Part shown: positions 25,320 through 39,060 of the stretch, one piece after another
Layout of the letters: every line of letters starts with the position of its first letter
Numbering within the stretch: position 1 is the stretch's first letter
NCBI RefSeq assembly: GCF_001194135.2
Contig: NC_068982.1
Span: forward strand, 96,463,226 to 96,527,225
DNA from: Octopus bimaculoides
Taxonomy: Eukaryota
Direction: 5' to 3'
DNA length: 64,000 bases
Program-made: the position numbers and the translations under genes
Notes under the pieces: generated by a model
Databases searched by the model: none
What the model was told of the DNA's origin: nothing
Seen by the model: only the letters and a program-made list of their open reading frames with translations

Positions 25320-26300
25320 TGTTGCATGTTGTGAGGGAATATTTGCTAATGAGCCAAATATATTTTATGTAGTCTATCATATCCACATATTTTAGATATA
25401 TGAGTAGTACTTTAACGTGAGTCACACTTATTTTATAGATGGTTAGCAATTGGTCAAAGATTAAGTGTTTGCTGGCTCCAAAGAAGCCTAGACTTTTAGA
25501 CACAGACTTGGCAGCATTGTGTGTGTGTGTAATCATAACAAGAAATCATCAGGGATTGTAAGGTCTATCATTTATAGCAGCTTTAAAGGTTTTAGGTTGT
25601 GTGTTGTCTTTGTACAGAGACAAGACTGCTATGCTGTACAACTCTGTTTCTTTCATATATGCAATAACTGTGTCTACTGTTGAAAAAATAATGGTTATGC
25701 TGGCCCATTTAACAACATCTTTAAAGTTTCTGTTTGTCTTAAGAAGTGTAAGTCTTGCATAAGGTTCCTAGTTTATGTAAGGATGACAGCCATGTGTAGA
25801 AGGCTCAAAAGTGAAGAGTTGTATCATCTTGAAAGAGCATAGGAGTGTGTATACCAAGATATGTCTTTAATGTAGAAAAATCTGGGAGATGTAACTGAGC
25901 TTTGAGTACACAAGTTTTGATGATAGACTGTGGGTCATAGTGAACCCATCAACACTCATAGTCTGATTGGTGGGTAAGCAATTTAGGAGGCTCCTATATC
26001 AGACAATTGAAGGCTCTGCTGATGTCAAATACAACATAGATTTTGCTGAAATTGTAAAGAGCAAGTGAGCATGGATATCTGACCTAAGAGAGCAGGTCTC
26101 TGTTGACAGTTTAATAGAAACTGCATATTCTATATCTGTAGATGAATAACATTTCTCAGTTCCTTCCTTATATTGTTGTGAGTTAAATCTTGTGGAAGTA
26201 TTCCATTCGTTTATTGTTGGTGTGTCTGTTACAAATGAAGGCTACCTATTTTCTCCCCAATCCCTGGTTTTAGATTATCAACTGAAAAACTAGGTTATCT
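25320..26300 (-). mobile_element. Decayed CR1/Jockey-group LINE reverse transcriptase fragment
   Basis: Motifs in order: FDISRAFN (LDISKAFD), QDDTTLH (ADDTTLH), AAKSVSKSLGFF..KHLIFDQLLTIYK (ASKKLGFL.R...TPEQLL..YK). Confidence 0.75.
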
Positions 26301-26623
26301 TTTAGACTTATAACAATGAGAGGATATGGTTACATTTGTCTATGATTGTATTACTAGATCTACTTAAGAACTCATTGTCTTGCTTCTGCTGTTTATGGGA
26401 ACTTCACTCATTCATATTTCTTACCTGCTGTATTTTTCACTGCATAATTTCTTTTTCTAATGTTTGCTTTCAACTTGTATTAATATTGCACTAAGCCATG
26501 ACCATTATCATTATTGTTAGGTTAACTTGTATATTTCTCAACTGACATGGGTGAAAGTAATTAGTTTGGCTGCTGTAACAGTTATCAAAGGGATCTTCTT
26601 GGTACTCTCACTCACTCACGCAC

Positions 26624-26674
<51 letters not shown>

Positions 26675-28958
26675 AGTGTATGTGTCTCTACTTAATTATT
26701 TCTATTTAATTTCATTAGGGCATACTAGAAATTTATGCAACCTATTTAGTTATATAGTCTTTCTTTATTTCTTTTGTGCCATTCTTGAATAGATAATTTT
26801 TGCTTTGTTAAATAATTTTGATTTCAAAAGATCTGTTTCAGAGATGTAATTTACATTCTTTTAAATGTTTATTAATCTTAACCAAAGGGTCACTGCCCAT
26901 AACTTTTGACTATGATAGATAGGCATCATAAAGACTATGATAGATAGGCATCATAAATAGCCTGGCTATTGCTTTGTTGTAAGTCATCTCTATGATTGAA
27001 GGCAATCTAGCCATGACAATCTTATTTATGTATATTTTTTGCTATATTGTCTAATGTGGTCCTTCTTTAAGATGATTGGGTGTGAATAGAGGAAATGCTG
27101 TTTGCTGTTTCTAGTAGATCAACCATCTGCACAGAGATTCTTCATTTGCTTGCACAACTAGATTTTATTATTTGAATTGCTGCAAGTTCATAACAGTAAA
27201 GAGAACTTGCAGTGGTTTGTTATTCTGGAGTGAGAGGTTTGAACAATGTACTTAGCCTTGCATCTAGATTGTGTCTGACTGAGCAGACCTATGATCAAAA
27301 GTATTCTGGTCACAACATGGTTTATCTCAAGACTACATTATTGATATATCCTTCCATTTTCAAATGATTGAAGAGTATGATGTGAGGGAAATTTGGCGAT
27401 GAATCCAGTGAAATTTGAATAGGAATGAGGCAGGATCTACAGTGAGTTGAGTATGGTTGTTTTGAGAAACTAACTTATGGATGATATGAAAAAAGCAAAC
27501 AAGAAGCCAAGAAATTAACTGTTGGTGTGTTTTGCTTTAGTCTGCTTAATTTCTTAGACATAGGACTACACTTGCCAATGTACCTTTTCATTTTCAAAAC
27601 AGTAGGGTGTGATTTAAGGGAGAATTGGCTTTTATAAGGTTCCGTCAGCTTGTGAATACAGAGACATGACTTGATATGAGCATGCAATAGAAGTAGATGA
27701 TATGCTTTCATTTAAAATGTGGCATAAGTTGGTGTTAGATGTTATATACAAAGCAAAGCTTCACTAAATGAGTTTTGGATGTTGGGCCTCTGGTATACAT
27801 AGATCTGACCTTGAAATATCAGGTTTTATTGACGTGATTATAACTATTTTAATAAGCTAGCTTGATGATGATGAGGTATAGTGTTCATGACCTTTACAAG
27901 ATCTCCCAGATTGATGACATTCTTGAGGTTGATATTCACTTTGAACATTCATAGGAAAAGCATGAGTGGACCTGAATTCCAGAGGACTGGATTACTGGGG
28001 AGGAAAGACTATGAAAAATGTTTTGTACAGTGTCCGTGTGATGAGACATGGTGAGGATGACAAAAAGAAAAGTCAGGTTGAGAGTGGAGAAGGTATACAG
28101 CTTGCTAGTTCAGAAAAGTAGATGCTATTGTGATTGTAAGAGAAGTGGCAGGGAAGCAGCCTCATATCTCATCTGCCAACTAAAGATGTAAGCTTTTTGT
28201 GTAACAGCAGTAACTTCATCCCATACGTATGTAAATGAGTGTATGCATACAGCCATTCAATCTACTACAGATATGTAGTTTGGTTTCTGTGGGTGATTGT
28301 ACATACTTTCTTTCATCTAAAGAGTTATCTCAGATTTTATGGGCTATTTTTATGGCTACATTTTCATTTGAGAAACTTCTTAAAAAGACTCATTTTTTTT
28401 AATATTTTTAATGCTTTGAACTACAATCTAAAAAGCAATCAAATTTCTTTTCTATCTTGTAAGATTATAGCTTCTAATTTCATAGCTAAAAGTCAGCAAG
28501 TCTCTCTGGTATAGTATAGTGGTAACGGACAGGATGACAGTGTTACCACTATTACCATTCTGTCTGTGGCAGATGTGTGATTCAGTTTCTGTGGCTGATT
28601 TTGCCTGCATTTTTTTCATCTAAGGGGTTTTTATTCTGTTTATTACGAGGTATTATTTATAGCTACATTTGCATTTGAGCAACTTTGTAAGATTATGTGT
28701 GTGCATGTGAGCAGTACTGTAATCTCAGTCTTTAGCTTTATAGAGGGTCAACATCTGATTGATACTTTATCAACATTTGATTGATATACATCAATTGGTG
28801 TATCCTAACCCCATACAAATGTAGAAGAAAGGAACATTATCTGATAATGCAAGGCAATGGTGAGAAGAGAGAGCTGTTGTTGTTGTCTAGCCTGATTGAG
28901 AAGATCAGACGTAATCAAAGGCATTCCAGCTAGAACTATACCATTTTTTTTTAGGGTT

Positions 28959-28995
<37 letters not shown>

Positions 28996-30640
28996 TGGCT
29001 ACAGTGAGATATGACTAGAAATATTAAGGAAAAGAATGAAGAAAACAATTGCCTTACCTTCTTTATTTTAACCAGTGTGTGTGTGTGTGTGTGCATGCAT
29101 GCATGTATATAACCAAGAATATCTGACAACAGCTACAACAACAAAAACAAATGGTGTCTACATATAGATTCCTGGAGATGAAAGAGAATTTAATGAGCAG
29201 GAAGTAGCAAATGTTTGTGGATTTATTCTCTCTCCTCTGGCTTTCTCTGAATCTCCTTCTCTCTTTCTCTCTCTCCCTTCTATCTCCCTATCACTGTGAA
29301 GTGGGGGGGGGGTTCTCAACTTAAAAATAACCATTTAGGATTTTAAGAAAAATGTTAGGAAAGCAATTAAGTTTCTTTTAAAAGACCAAATGACATCCAG
29401 ATGTTTCGTTGCATAATTAATTGGTAGAAATTTCTCTTAGCTTTCTGTCATTCTCTCTACTTAGTACATGACTCATTACATTATTATTATTATTATTGTT
29501 ATTATTATTATGGTTTCTTGTTGATTTTGCCTGTATGCAATTACTATGTAGCTAGAATTATAGACTCTCATACAGATTTTGGTAATTATTAATTGTAAAA
29601 TACTCCAGACACTAGACAATCTATGTACCTACACACATATTGACATCTGTATATATGATATTTCCACTCAAACATATATATGTATATATTTCCAAAAGAC
29701 TTCATTATCTTTCACCTCAGCAGCTTCTAGTTTCTATACACCCCAGAAATATTACATGAATGTATATTCATTTATAGTATACATTCTGTATCATTTGTAC
29801 ATGGGTATTAAGTGAATAGAATATGGAGATATATGATAGATTTGTACATTTGTTAATTTACATCAATTGTAAAACTGTATAATTATTTTTATTTTTTTAT
29901 TTCCTTATGACCTCCAGAAAAACCTCATATTTTGTTATACATATAGATATATATGCTTATGTGTATCTATCTCCATAAATGCACTCAAACATGAAGAAAT
30001 ATCAATATACAGTCTTTGAACTATAATTGTGTATGTAACATGTGTACCATATTTTCCAGCATACAAGTTGACATATATACTGTAAAAATAGAAACACCAC
30101 TATCTTTCCAAATCCTACTGCATTTCACATGGAATTTTTGGTCCTCCAATATTGCCTTGGTGAATAAGTTGACCTATCATTTTTGGCTGTAAATTTTGGT
30201 CCAAAAAATTTGATTTGTATGCTCTATACAGTATTTGAATTCACATGCAGTAATGTATGTGTGCGTGCATGCACGCGCCATAGAGAGACAAACAAAAGAT
30301 ATAAGAATTACTTGAAAGGGGAAATATGTTAAAAATTCTGGTTCAAGCCACAATAGCTCATACTAAGTATTACAGGACTGTTTTTAGAGAAGTTCTCCTT
30401 GGTGAGAGACTGCTGGTATGTTACAGATGTTGGCAAGTATCTCAGCCTGCTAGAAGCAACAACAAAATCATACTCAACCATCTTTAAAAGAAAAAAAATA
30501 CATTGGATAATATAGTCGAGTGTACAGTATGCATGTGAGAAAGATGGGGTAGTCATAGGTGGATTGTTTTTGATTATAGGTTCATTCAATCAGGATCAAC
30601 TTGGGGTTAAACACCAGCAACAGCAAGATGCAAGAGGGCT

Positions 30641-30687
30641 TGCTAGTTGTGAAATGCATGAAAGTATCATGCATTTCACAACTAGCA
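30641..30687. repeat. Perfect 21-bp hairpin with 5-nt loop
   Basis: tgctagttgtgaaatgcatga-aagta-tcatgcatttcacaactagca. Confidence 0.95.
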
Positions 30688-31150
30688 GACATTGAAATAT
30701 TGAGTAAATACTCACTAATCAGTAACGACAGGTGACATCCTTTTATAGATATTGTTCTTTATGCTTACAGTGGAGCTGAGTGAACAACTTGGTGATTTTA
30801 TCCAACCTACTCCCACAGCTTTGCTTACTACTGTTATTCTTCATTTCCACCTCACAATTAGTAAATGAGATGTCAAAATGACCTTGAAGCTATGAAGCTT
30901 ATTCATCCTACCCCTTTCACTGATGTTAGGAAGTCCTTCATTCACAAGAGTATTGGCAAGTGGCTTGTAAAAGAAGAAAAACAAAGGGTGTCCTTTTGGT
31001 TGGTGTATTCACAATGCATGTAGGCAGTTCTGCTATTGCTTAAAGCAGTGATCCTGAAATGGTGCACCATAGTGCATTGATGTACTGCAAAGAGTATCTA
31101 GGTGTTCCATGGGTTTTTTGTTTTTTTTTAGATATAGTTTAGAGCTTTGT

Positions 31151-31535
31151 GGAGGCGCAATGGCCCAGTGGTTAGGGCAGCGGACTCGCGGTTATAGGAT
31201 CGCGGTTTCGATTCCCAGACCAGGCGTTGTGAGTGTTTATTGATTGAAAACACCTAAAGCTCCACGAGGCTCCGGCAGGGAATGGTGGCGAACCCTGCTG
31301 TACTCTTTCACCACAACTTTCTCTCACTCTTTCTTCCTGTTTCTGTTGTGCCTGTAATTCAAAGGGTCAGCCTTGTCACACTGTGTCACGCTGAATATCC
31401 CCGAGAACTACGTTAAGGGTACACGTGTCTGTGGAGTGCTCAGCCACTTGCACGTTAATTTCACTAGCAGGCTGTTCCATTTATCGGATCAACTGGAACC
31501 CTCGACGTCGTAAGCGATGGAGTGCCAACAACAGC
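31151..31535 (+). mobile_element. Full-length tRNA-derived SINE family A
   Basis: A box tggcccagtgg, B box gtttcgattcc, (AAC)n tail; imperfect TSD agtttagagcttt / agtttagggtttt. Confidence 0.9.
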
Positions 31536-32288
31536 AGTTTAGGGTTTTACAAAATTCACACTACTGCTTAGACGACCTGAAAAACAAATATGTATTTTTA
31601 GTGTAATTAAACAAGAGAAGCAATAGTTTTATATTTTTCTAAATTTTTAAAGTCATTCATTTTTTTTTTTTTTTAACCTTTCTTTTGGAATTGTGCCAAT
31701 GATTTTTAACTTTCTGTGCAAAGTATGACTAATTTTTTGTTTAATCTCCTGTGGACCACTGATTTAACATGATTGAGCACCATTGGCATATGGTTTAGTC
31801 GGCTATAACCAAATGGTACATTTCTTGAAAATCTGAACTCACAAAATAGTTTGAAGATTCACCTTTGCTACTTGTGCTTCTACTAAACTCACTATTGTTG
31901 ACATCATCATCATCATCACCATGACTAGTGCATATGCTGTGATTTGAGAAAATGTCTCACTCTTTCAGAGGATCAAGTGACTGTAAGTGGACGTGCTCTC
32001 ATTGGGTGATATTTCATGGTGTCCTTGGTGGGTTTAATGCGTTAGTTTTGTTACTAAGTTACTATATCTGAAGTGTTTCTAAAAATATCAAAATGACATA
32101 GATGCTATGAGGCTTGAACCTACTTTCAATTTTTAGTAAATAAGTATTTGTACAATCCTTTGAGGTTAGCCTTCTGAGAGGTATACATGACATCTATCAT
32201 CTAATGTGTGAAGAAGTCAAATCTCAGTACTGACTGAAACTGTAGAAGTGAAGTCTCCAATATTCTTTAAACACTGGATGCTCTGGTT

Positions 32289-32453
32289 CATTGGTTCCGA
32301 ACCTGTGGTCCACGGACCCCAGACGGTCCACAAAAGTTGTACTGGGGGTCCATGAACATGTTAAGCTGACAAGCCTTTCAATATCCTGGGGTCTGTGGGA
32401 AAACTCATTTAAATAAAAGGGGTCTTTAGCATTGAAAAGGTTGGGAACTACTG
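32289..32453. mobile_element. Short hAT MITE, same family as 12224-12592
   Basis: TIRs cattggttccgaacc / ggttgggaactactg; TSD ctctggtt / ctctagtt; shared gggaaaactcatttaaataaaaggg. Confidence 0.8.
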
Positions 32454-32792
32454 CTCTAGTTAATCACTTTTCTTGTAAATGACAGCAGTTCTCAAAATCA
32501 AGTGGGTGTCTAAGATTCACTTAGCAATGCTCAAGTAAGACTAAGTTGGCTTCTTACCATCTGTTATTAAAAAATATAACAAGAAAGAAGAGTTAAGAGT
32601 GGGAATGGGAAAAATCAAAAGATGCAAACCATACTAAAATTGCTGGTTGATTTCTAGATATATTGATATAATTGATTTAGATGGATTAATCATATATTTT
32701 AATGATTACTACAGTTGATTTGTAGTTTCTGTTCTAACCCATAGAAATTTGTAACAAAATGTCCAAACAACTAGAAACTAATGCATTAGTAC

Positions 32793-32841
<49 letters not shown>

Positions 32842-34607
32842 ATGGTAGTGGCGGCGGCAGTTTTAAACTTTGGCACAAGGTCAGCAAATTTAGTGGGAAG
32901 GTGAAGTTGATTACATCCTCCTGCTCCCCAATACTCAACTGATACTTGTTCTATCAACCCCAAAAAGGATGAAAGCTAAGTTGACTTTGATGGAATTTGA
33001 ACTGAGAATGTAAAAAGCCAGGAGAAAACAATTAAGCATTTTTGCCTGACATGCAAATGATTCTACAAGCTCACCACATTAGTAATAATAATAATAATAA
33101 TAATATACCTCATTTTAAAATCCTATTTCACCTACTTTATCAATACAAACACAAAATCCAACAACAAAAATAGTAACGGTATCATTTTGTCACACATGCT
33201 CCAATTATGTGTAACAAATCCTAGAGTGCTAAAGTTATAGTGCACTGATTAAATCGTTATCTTTCTATGCCTACCACCTTTTATCATGTAAGAACCAAAT
33301 TAACTACAAAAAAATGCAACATGCAATATGCTTTGGCTGCCATCCTTCTCAACATACCTTGATTGCTATCTTGAATTGTGATCAATGCTCTGTACTATAA
33401 TTAATATTCTCTGATTGTCACGTATGCCATTCAATATAACTTAACTGCCATACAGTATTCCATTCAACATGCCGTAGCTGCTATACCCAATGAAGCTTGC
33501 CTTTACTGTTGCATTATACTCTTTACAATATGTAACATGGTTTCATTGACATGTTATCTTACACATCAAAATATGAGACTGAATTAGTGAAAAGCTAATA
33601 AGGTCCTTCTATACAGTCTTTCAGTCTGCTAGACTTCTTTCAGATTTCTTTCAAACAGCCCCTTTTCATTTCCAAACATAGGGAAAACAGATTAAAAAAT
33701 TCACCCCCTACAGACAATATGTTAGATAAAAAGATAATATAGTTACAGCTGGAATATTGGTCAATACAAAAATTTTTGAAAAGCCAGATCAATAAGTCAT
33801 TCGCTTTGTACAATACAGACATCTTGAACATCCAACTGAAAGTAGCATCCCAGCACAAAACTTAACAAACAGAAACAGACAATACAATCATCAAAATCTC
33901 GAGATAATAAAATTTAACACAGAAAACTGAAACAGCTATCATTATATTTATTACAATTCACAATTCTAATAACAATATTGCTGCATATATACAGTGAAAA
34001 TACCTGATTTTCCACGAAATACACGACAACACATATCCAGTGTACATAGTGTAGCCAATGCACACTATAATGCAATAATAATAGCCTAAAAATAACCACA
34101 ACTAAAAATAAAGTTTATTAGAATTGCACTTAACATTTGTATTGTAATGATATTAGAAAAAAAGGCTATGAGCTCAACACAAGAATATTTGGATTTCTAA
34201 TTATATCTGGCTAAAGTAAAATGTGCCAGAATAACCTGCAGCATATAGTTACATCCTTTATATTGTTCAAATCTTTCCAAGATTCATTTTCCTTTTCATC
34301 TTTCTAGAACCAATAAAATAAGTACCAAGGATTGAAACAATTTACTGTTCTCTCACCTCAAAACATTGTATAAATATTTGGCTTATGAGTACAGTGAAAG
34401 TTATGTATGGAGATACCATCAACAAGTTAAGGGTTAACAAATTCAGTTGGGATTTAACATCCAAGTATTTATCAGTTCTTATGATCACCTTGATCACCTA
34501 AACTGTTGGGGGCCATCTTTTTGTCACCACTGGTCATAGCACACTGTCCATTCCCCTCTGAATCATGTCTTCCTCATCTTATCATACTCATGATTATTAT
34601 TATAGCT

Positions 34608-34800
34608 TTCCAGACTATAACAGAAGAGTTTAAAATCAACTGTCCATGGTAACTTTTGTATGCTTATGACTTAATTCCTATACCTGAATCTGCTGCAGAA
34701 TTTAATTTTAGAAGAAATTCCAAACATAGAAGCAAAATCTAGAATTGGAAGGCCTTAAAGTAAACCTAGCAAAGACAAAAGGAAAGACCACATGACTCTG
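34608..34800 (+). mobile_element. RTE LINE RT-domain fragment
   Basis: FQTITEEFKINCPW*LLYAYDL (CPWELLYADDL), then LEGLKVNLAKTK. Confidence 0.75.
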
Positions 34801-35415
34801 CTGCCTCAGTATGCAGGACCTGTACACCATGTTAGCTATATAAACTATAAATGCTAAGCAATCCAGCTGAACTGAACCTGTGAATGAGAAAGGCAGAGAA
34901 AGAAATAAAGGTCAGTCTCAAGGCAATGACAAATAACAGAAACAAGAAATGAGACACTGTACTATAGAGAAGACCCATCCTAACCATAAAAGTGTGGTAT
35001 AAGACATAAAATGGTGATAGTAGCAAGAAGGACGAAGAGGATGAGAACTTTTGTTGTTGTTAAAAGAGACTAATCTTCCATGACCTTTACATAGATATAG
35101 ACTTGTATATGTTGATCAAAGACTACCAGTGTGTCATATATAGCAAAAGACTGAATTTGAAAATCTTGAAACAAACTGAATAGTTGTCACTAGACTTCCC
35201 TACACTTTACGTGTGTGTGTGTGTATCCTGATAGGGTAGAAAATCTGTGCATTTGCAATGTAGTACTCAACATGAACTCATGAATGTCTACACCCTCATA
35301 CTATAACTTCAAGAAAAATCCAGACCCACTGGTGCAGAGACACATATTGCATAACTTTACATATGGAATCATTTCCAAGTAATGTGGTTAGAAACAGAGT
35401 GGTACAGAAACAATT

Positions 35416-35835
35416 CATCATCATCGTTTAACGTGTGCTTTCCATGCTGGCATAGGTTGGACGGTTTGACTGAGGACTGGTGAGCCAGAGGCTGCATCAG
35501 GCTCAATCTGATCTGTTAGAGTTTCTACAGCTGGATGCCCTTCCTAATGTCAGGGTTCTGGCAACGACCATGCTCAAAAGGTATTTTTACATGCTACCTG
35601 CATGGGAGCCAGTCCAGCAGCACTGGCAACGACCACGCTTGAATGTTGTTTTTCACATGCCACTGGCACATGTGCTGGTAAGGTGATGCTGGCAACGATC
35701 ACGCTCGAATGGTGCTTTTTACATGTCACCAGCATGGGAGCCAATCCATGGCCCTAGCAATGATCACACTCAGATGTGCTTTTAACGTTCCACTGGCACG
35801 AGTGCCAGTCAGGCGGTACTGTCATCGGCCACATC
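35416..35835 (-). mobile_element. RTE 3' UTR (family C) with four ~65-bp tandem units
   Basis: Units start at 35560, 35625, 35691 and 35756. Confidence 0.8.
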
Positions 35836-36461
35836 AGTGATTTTGATTTGTTTAATTGTAATGAATAATAAATTTGTGCTTTATTCATTCCTCATCTTCT
35901 TATATGTGTGTGTNNNNNNNNNNNNNNNNNNNNNNNNNNNGGGGGGGGGGGTAGATTTCATAAAATGATGATGATTACAAATATAGAGACCCCTGTTTTA
36001 TTGGATCACCACTGAAAACTTTGTTTTATTTTTCTCGTGTTTTTCCTATAAGTTGTTGGCCTACAGATGTTTATGCTGAACTTCAACCACATGAGTCTTA
36101 CCAATCGGGAAATCTCTTAAAACTTCACCTTCTCCACTGAATAACTAACAGCAAACATATTTATTTGGTTGCCCAATTCCCTAAAGATGTGCACTGATTT
36201 GTTGTATAAATATATGAACAAACTAAAACTTCTAAGTGGCTTCATAGATTGGTGAAATAATGTTTGCTTGTATGTATGTGTGTGCCTATATGTGTAAAGA
36301 GACAGACACATACTTACGTCACAGTGTGTGTAAGTAATCGCACACATGCATACATATATCAGTGTGGCTAATTTTGTACTAGTTTTGCAAAGCTGCTATT
36401 TTGGCATGTTACATGTTAATTATTTAAATATAAAACATAGAGGGATGGAGAAATCTCCCTT

Positions 36462-36530
<69 letters not shown>

Positions 36531-38879
36531 TCTCTCCCTCCCCCCATGTGCTTAATGCATATACATATATACCTTGAATAGTTTTGTACATGTTTATATA
36601 TCAACCACTCTCCCTTTTTCTGCACATGTGTGTGAATCTGTGTACTTCAGTCAAAGACACACACACATACACACTTCTATATTTCTATAATTATGCAGCA
36701 TACTGGTCTCATGATTCACAGAAAATATCAAAAGTCTCATGCTGTAAATAAAAATATGTTGTACAGGATGGAAAAAAAATTGTTTTAGAAAGTATATACA
36801 AATGTTTATTTTATTCTTGTTTTTTAATGGCTTGTTTTAAAGTTTTCCCAAGAAAATTTGCTTTTTCTAACAAGAAAGGCATTTTAGCCACACATTAAAA
36901 GCAAATGGCTAACCAACACTTCACATAAATGGCCAAATAAAGGATGACATTTTCTTTATACAAAACTGTGAGTCACAATGTTGTTAAGTATTAAATGTTG
37001 AGAAACTTTCATTGATGTTTGTGTGTGTGTATTGTGTTTGTGTGTATGACCAAAGTAGAGAGAAATATAGAAAGAGGAAAATAAAGCATATATAAAACAT
37101 GTAGTGAATTATGTGGTGGGAAAATGTGAGATGGGATGTTTAGGAGATAATGACTGGGAGAAAGTAGTTTTGTCATTTGAAGATTAATAATGTAAAACAA
37201 GAGAGATGCTACAGGGTCTCTGGGCCAGGAGATTAAATGAGGCAAAGTGTATGTAAGGGTGGGTAAGTATATGTATTTGTGTGTGTGTGCATGTATATAT
37301 GTATATGTGCACACACACACACACACATTTGGATGCACACATACAAATGCATGTGTGTGCTTCAAGAGGGAAAGAGCTCTCAATACTTAAGATAAAGTTT
37401 ATATTAATAAGTTACCTCAGGCATCTATTATATCTATACTCTATAGACAATTCAATGAGGGAAGTCACTTCATGACTGGTTGACCTGCTTAAGTAGCAGC
37501 CAAATTATGCTCAAATTACATTCCACCTTAAAAATGGAAAGACACAGTTTATAATGTAGTTTTATATATTCTCCCCAAAAGATGACAAGGTCATGGCTGG
37601 GAGTCCTTTGACCAAATGTCTTCTCAATCACATTTGACCTGGTGTTAAATAAACAGCACCATAGAAAAACTTGGTAGCATGAAAACTCTTTTTTTATGTT
37701 CTAAGATAAGAAAATGTCCAAAAGATTTTAACTTTAAATGAACAAATTAAGATGTGAAGTGTTATTAAAAATACAATTAGAAGGGCTACATGTGCCTTAA
37801 TTACTCTTCTATTTTAATTAGTATTAAAATTTGACATAGTGGACTTCCCAGAAATCATTTTTTGCGTCATTGTAGTCCTTGGCCTCCTCAGTCTACCTGT
37901 CCAACTAATTTGGCCTGGTGTTATTGACACTACATTTTAATGCTACACTCTTTATCATGAACTTTTCTGCAGCATGCATACACTAGACATTGCTCCATAA
38001 TACACTCATATATTTAGCAATATGGTTGATCTCCATTTTGGTTTTGTGACCATTTGATGTCCAGGTGAGTCACTGAGTGAACAGTGTTCCCCCAAATTTT
38101 TGTTTTGTTTATAGTGCAATATTGCACAAGACTTCACCTATATCAGTTCTCTTGCCATAAGAGTGTGCTGCTAGGGTTGTTATGACATGGTATTTTATCC
38201 AACAGATTTTGTAAAAAGGTGTACTTGTCTATATCATCCACATTTATTATGAGGAGTATACTTTGTTTAGTCTCAAGTCAGCTCTGATCAAGTAGATCTA
38301 TAAACAAAGCATTACAACCATGACCAACTCGACTTTTTTTTCTCAAGCGTCATGTATCTCAGACTATTCTGTTCAATGTACTCTGTTTTTAAAAAAACTG
38401 TAAGGTGTAATTTGAAGGAGATTTAGTTGATATTTCTTGTGGGCTGAGCAGTCTCATGGAGGTTTCCACATGGATTGTCGGTATGAGACAAATCTTACTG
38501 TCAGTAGGTCCTCAAGTACCAGTGTCCATTTATCAAGTGTATAAAATGTCTGTCAGTAATGAGAGCAACACTGTTACGAACAATTGATCTTGTTTCCTGT
38601 TGAGAATTTACTTGACCCTAACAAACCTCACCACATCCCATTATATTTTTATTTATAGATCTCTTTGACGTGTACCTTTGTTAATGTTTGGAAGATCGTT
38701 CTGAGGTTCCAATAGGTAAATCCTGCCTCCATCTCTGCAATACAGTGTAATTTTGGCAAAGAATTTAATCCATGATAATGTATTAGTGCTAAAACAATTG
38801 CATTTAAGTATCATTGTAGATATTAAAGAAACATACTTTGTTGTATTCACTTTTATTTTATTATTATTTTGTTATGATT

Positions 38880-39060
38880 GTTGGGCCTCACAGAGGCAAT
38901 GATAAATGTCCAAGACCTTTGGCAATATGCCATGCTTGAGAAGACCCATCAAGCCAAGTGAAATCATTGTCGTGGCAGATTCTGATGTCATGCAACTGGC
39001 ACCCATACCAGTGGAACATAAAAGCACTCATTACACTGTTGGAGTGGTTGCATTATTGTT
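38880..39060 (+). mobile_element. RTE LINE ORF end plus start of family C 3' UTR
   Basis: TEAMINVQDLWQYAMLEKTHQAK* runs directly into family C sequence (aaaagcactcattacact). Confidence 0.7.

Noticed and set aside
31151-31225. tRNA gene calls at SINE heads (also 1-62, 46170, 13430-13499)
   Set aside because: A/B boxes are present but there is no complete cloverleaf, and each continues into a repeat body.
35560-35820. CRISPR-like regularly spaced repeats
   Set aside because: Whole 65-bp units are homologous with no unique spacers; eukaryotic LINE UTR context; no cas genes.
38659-38715. 57-nt plus-strand segment with good AG/GT sites
   Set aside because: Stops in all three frames; could only be non-coding and nothing else supports it.
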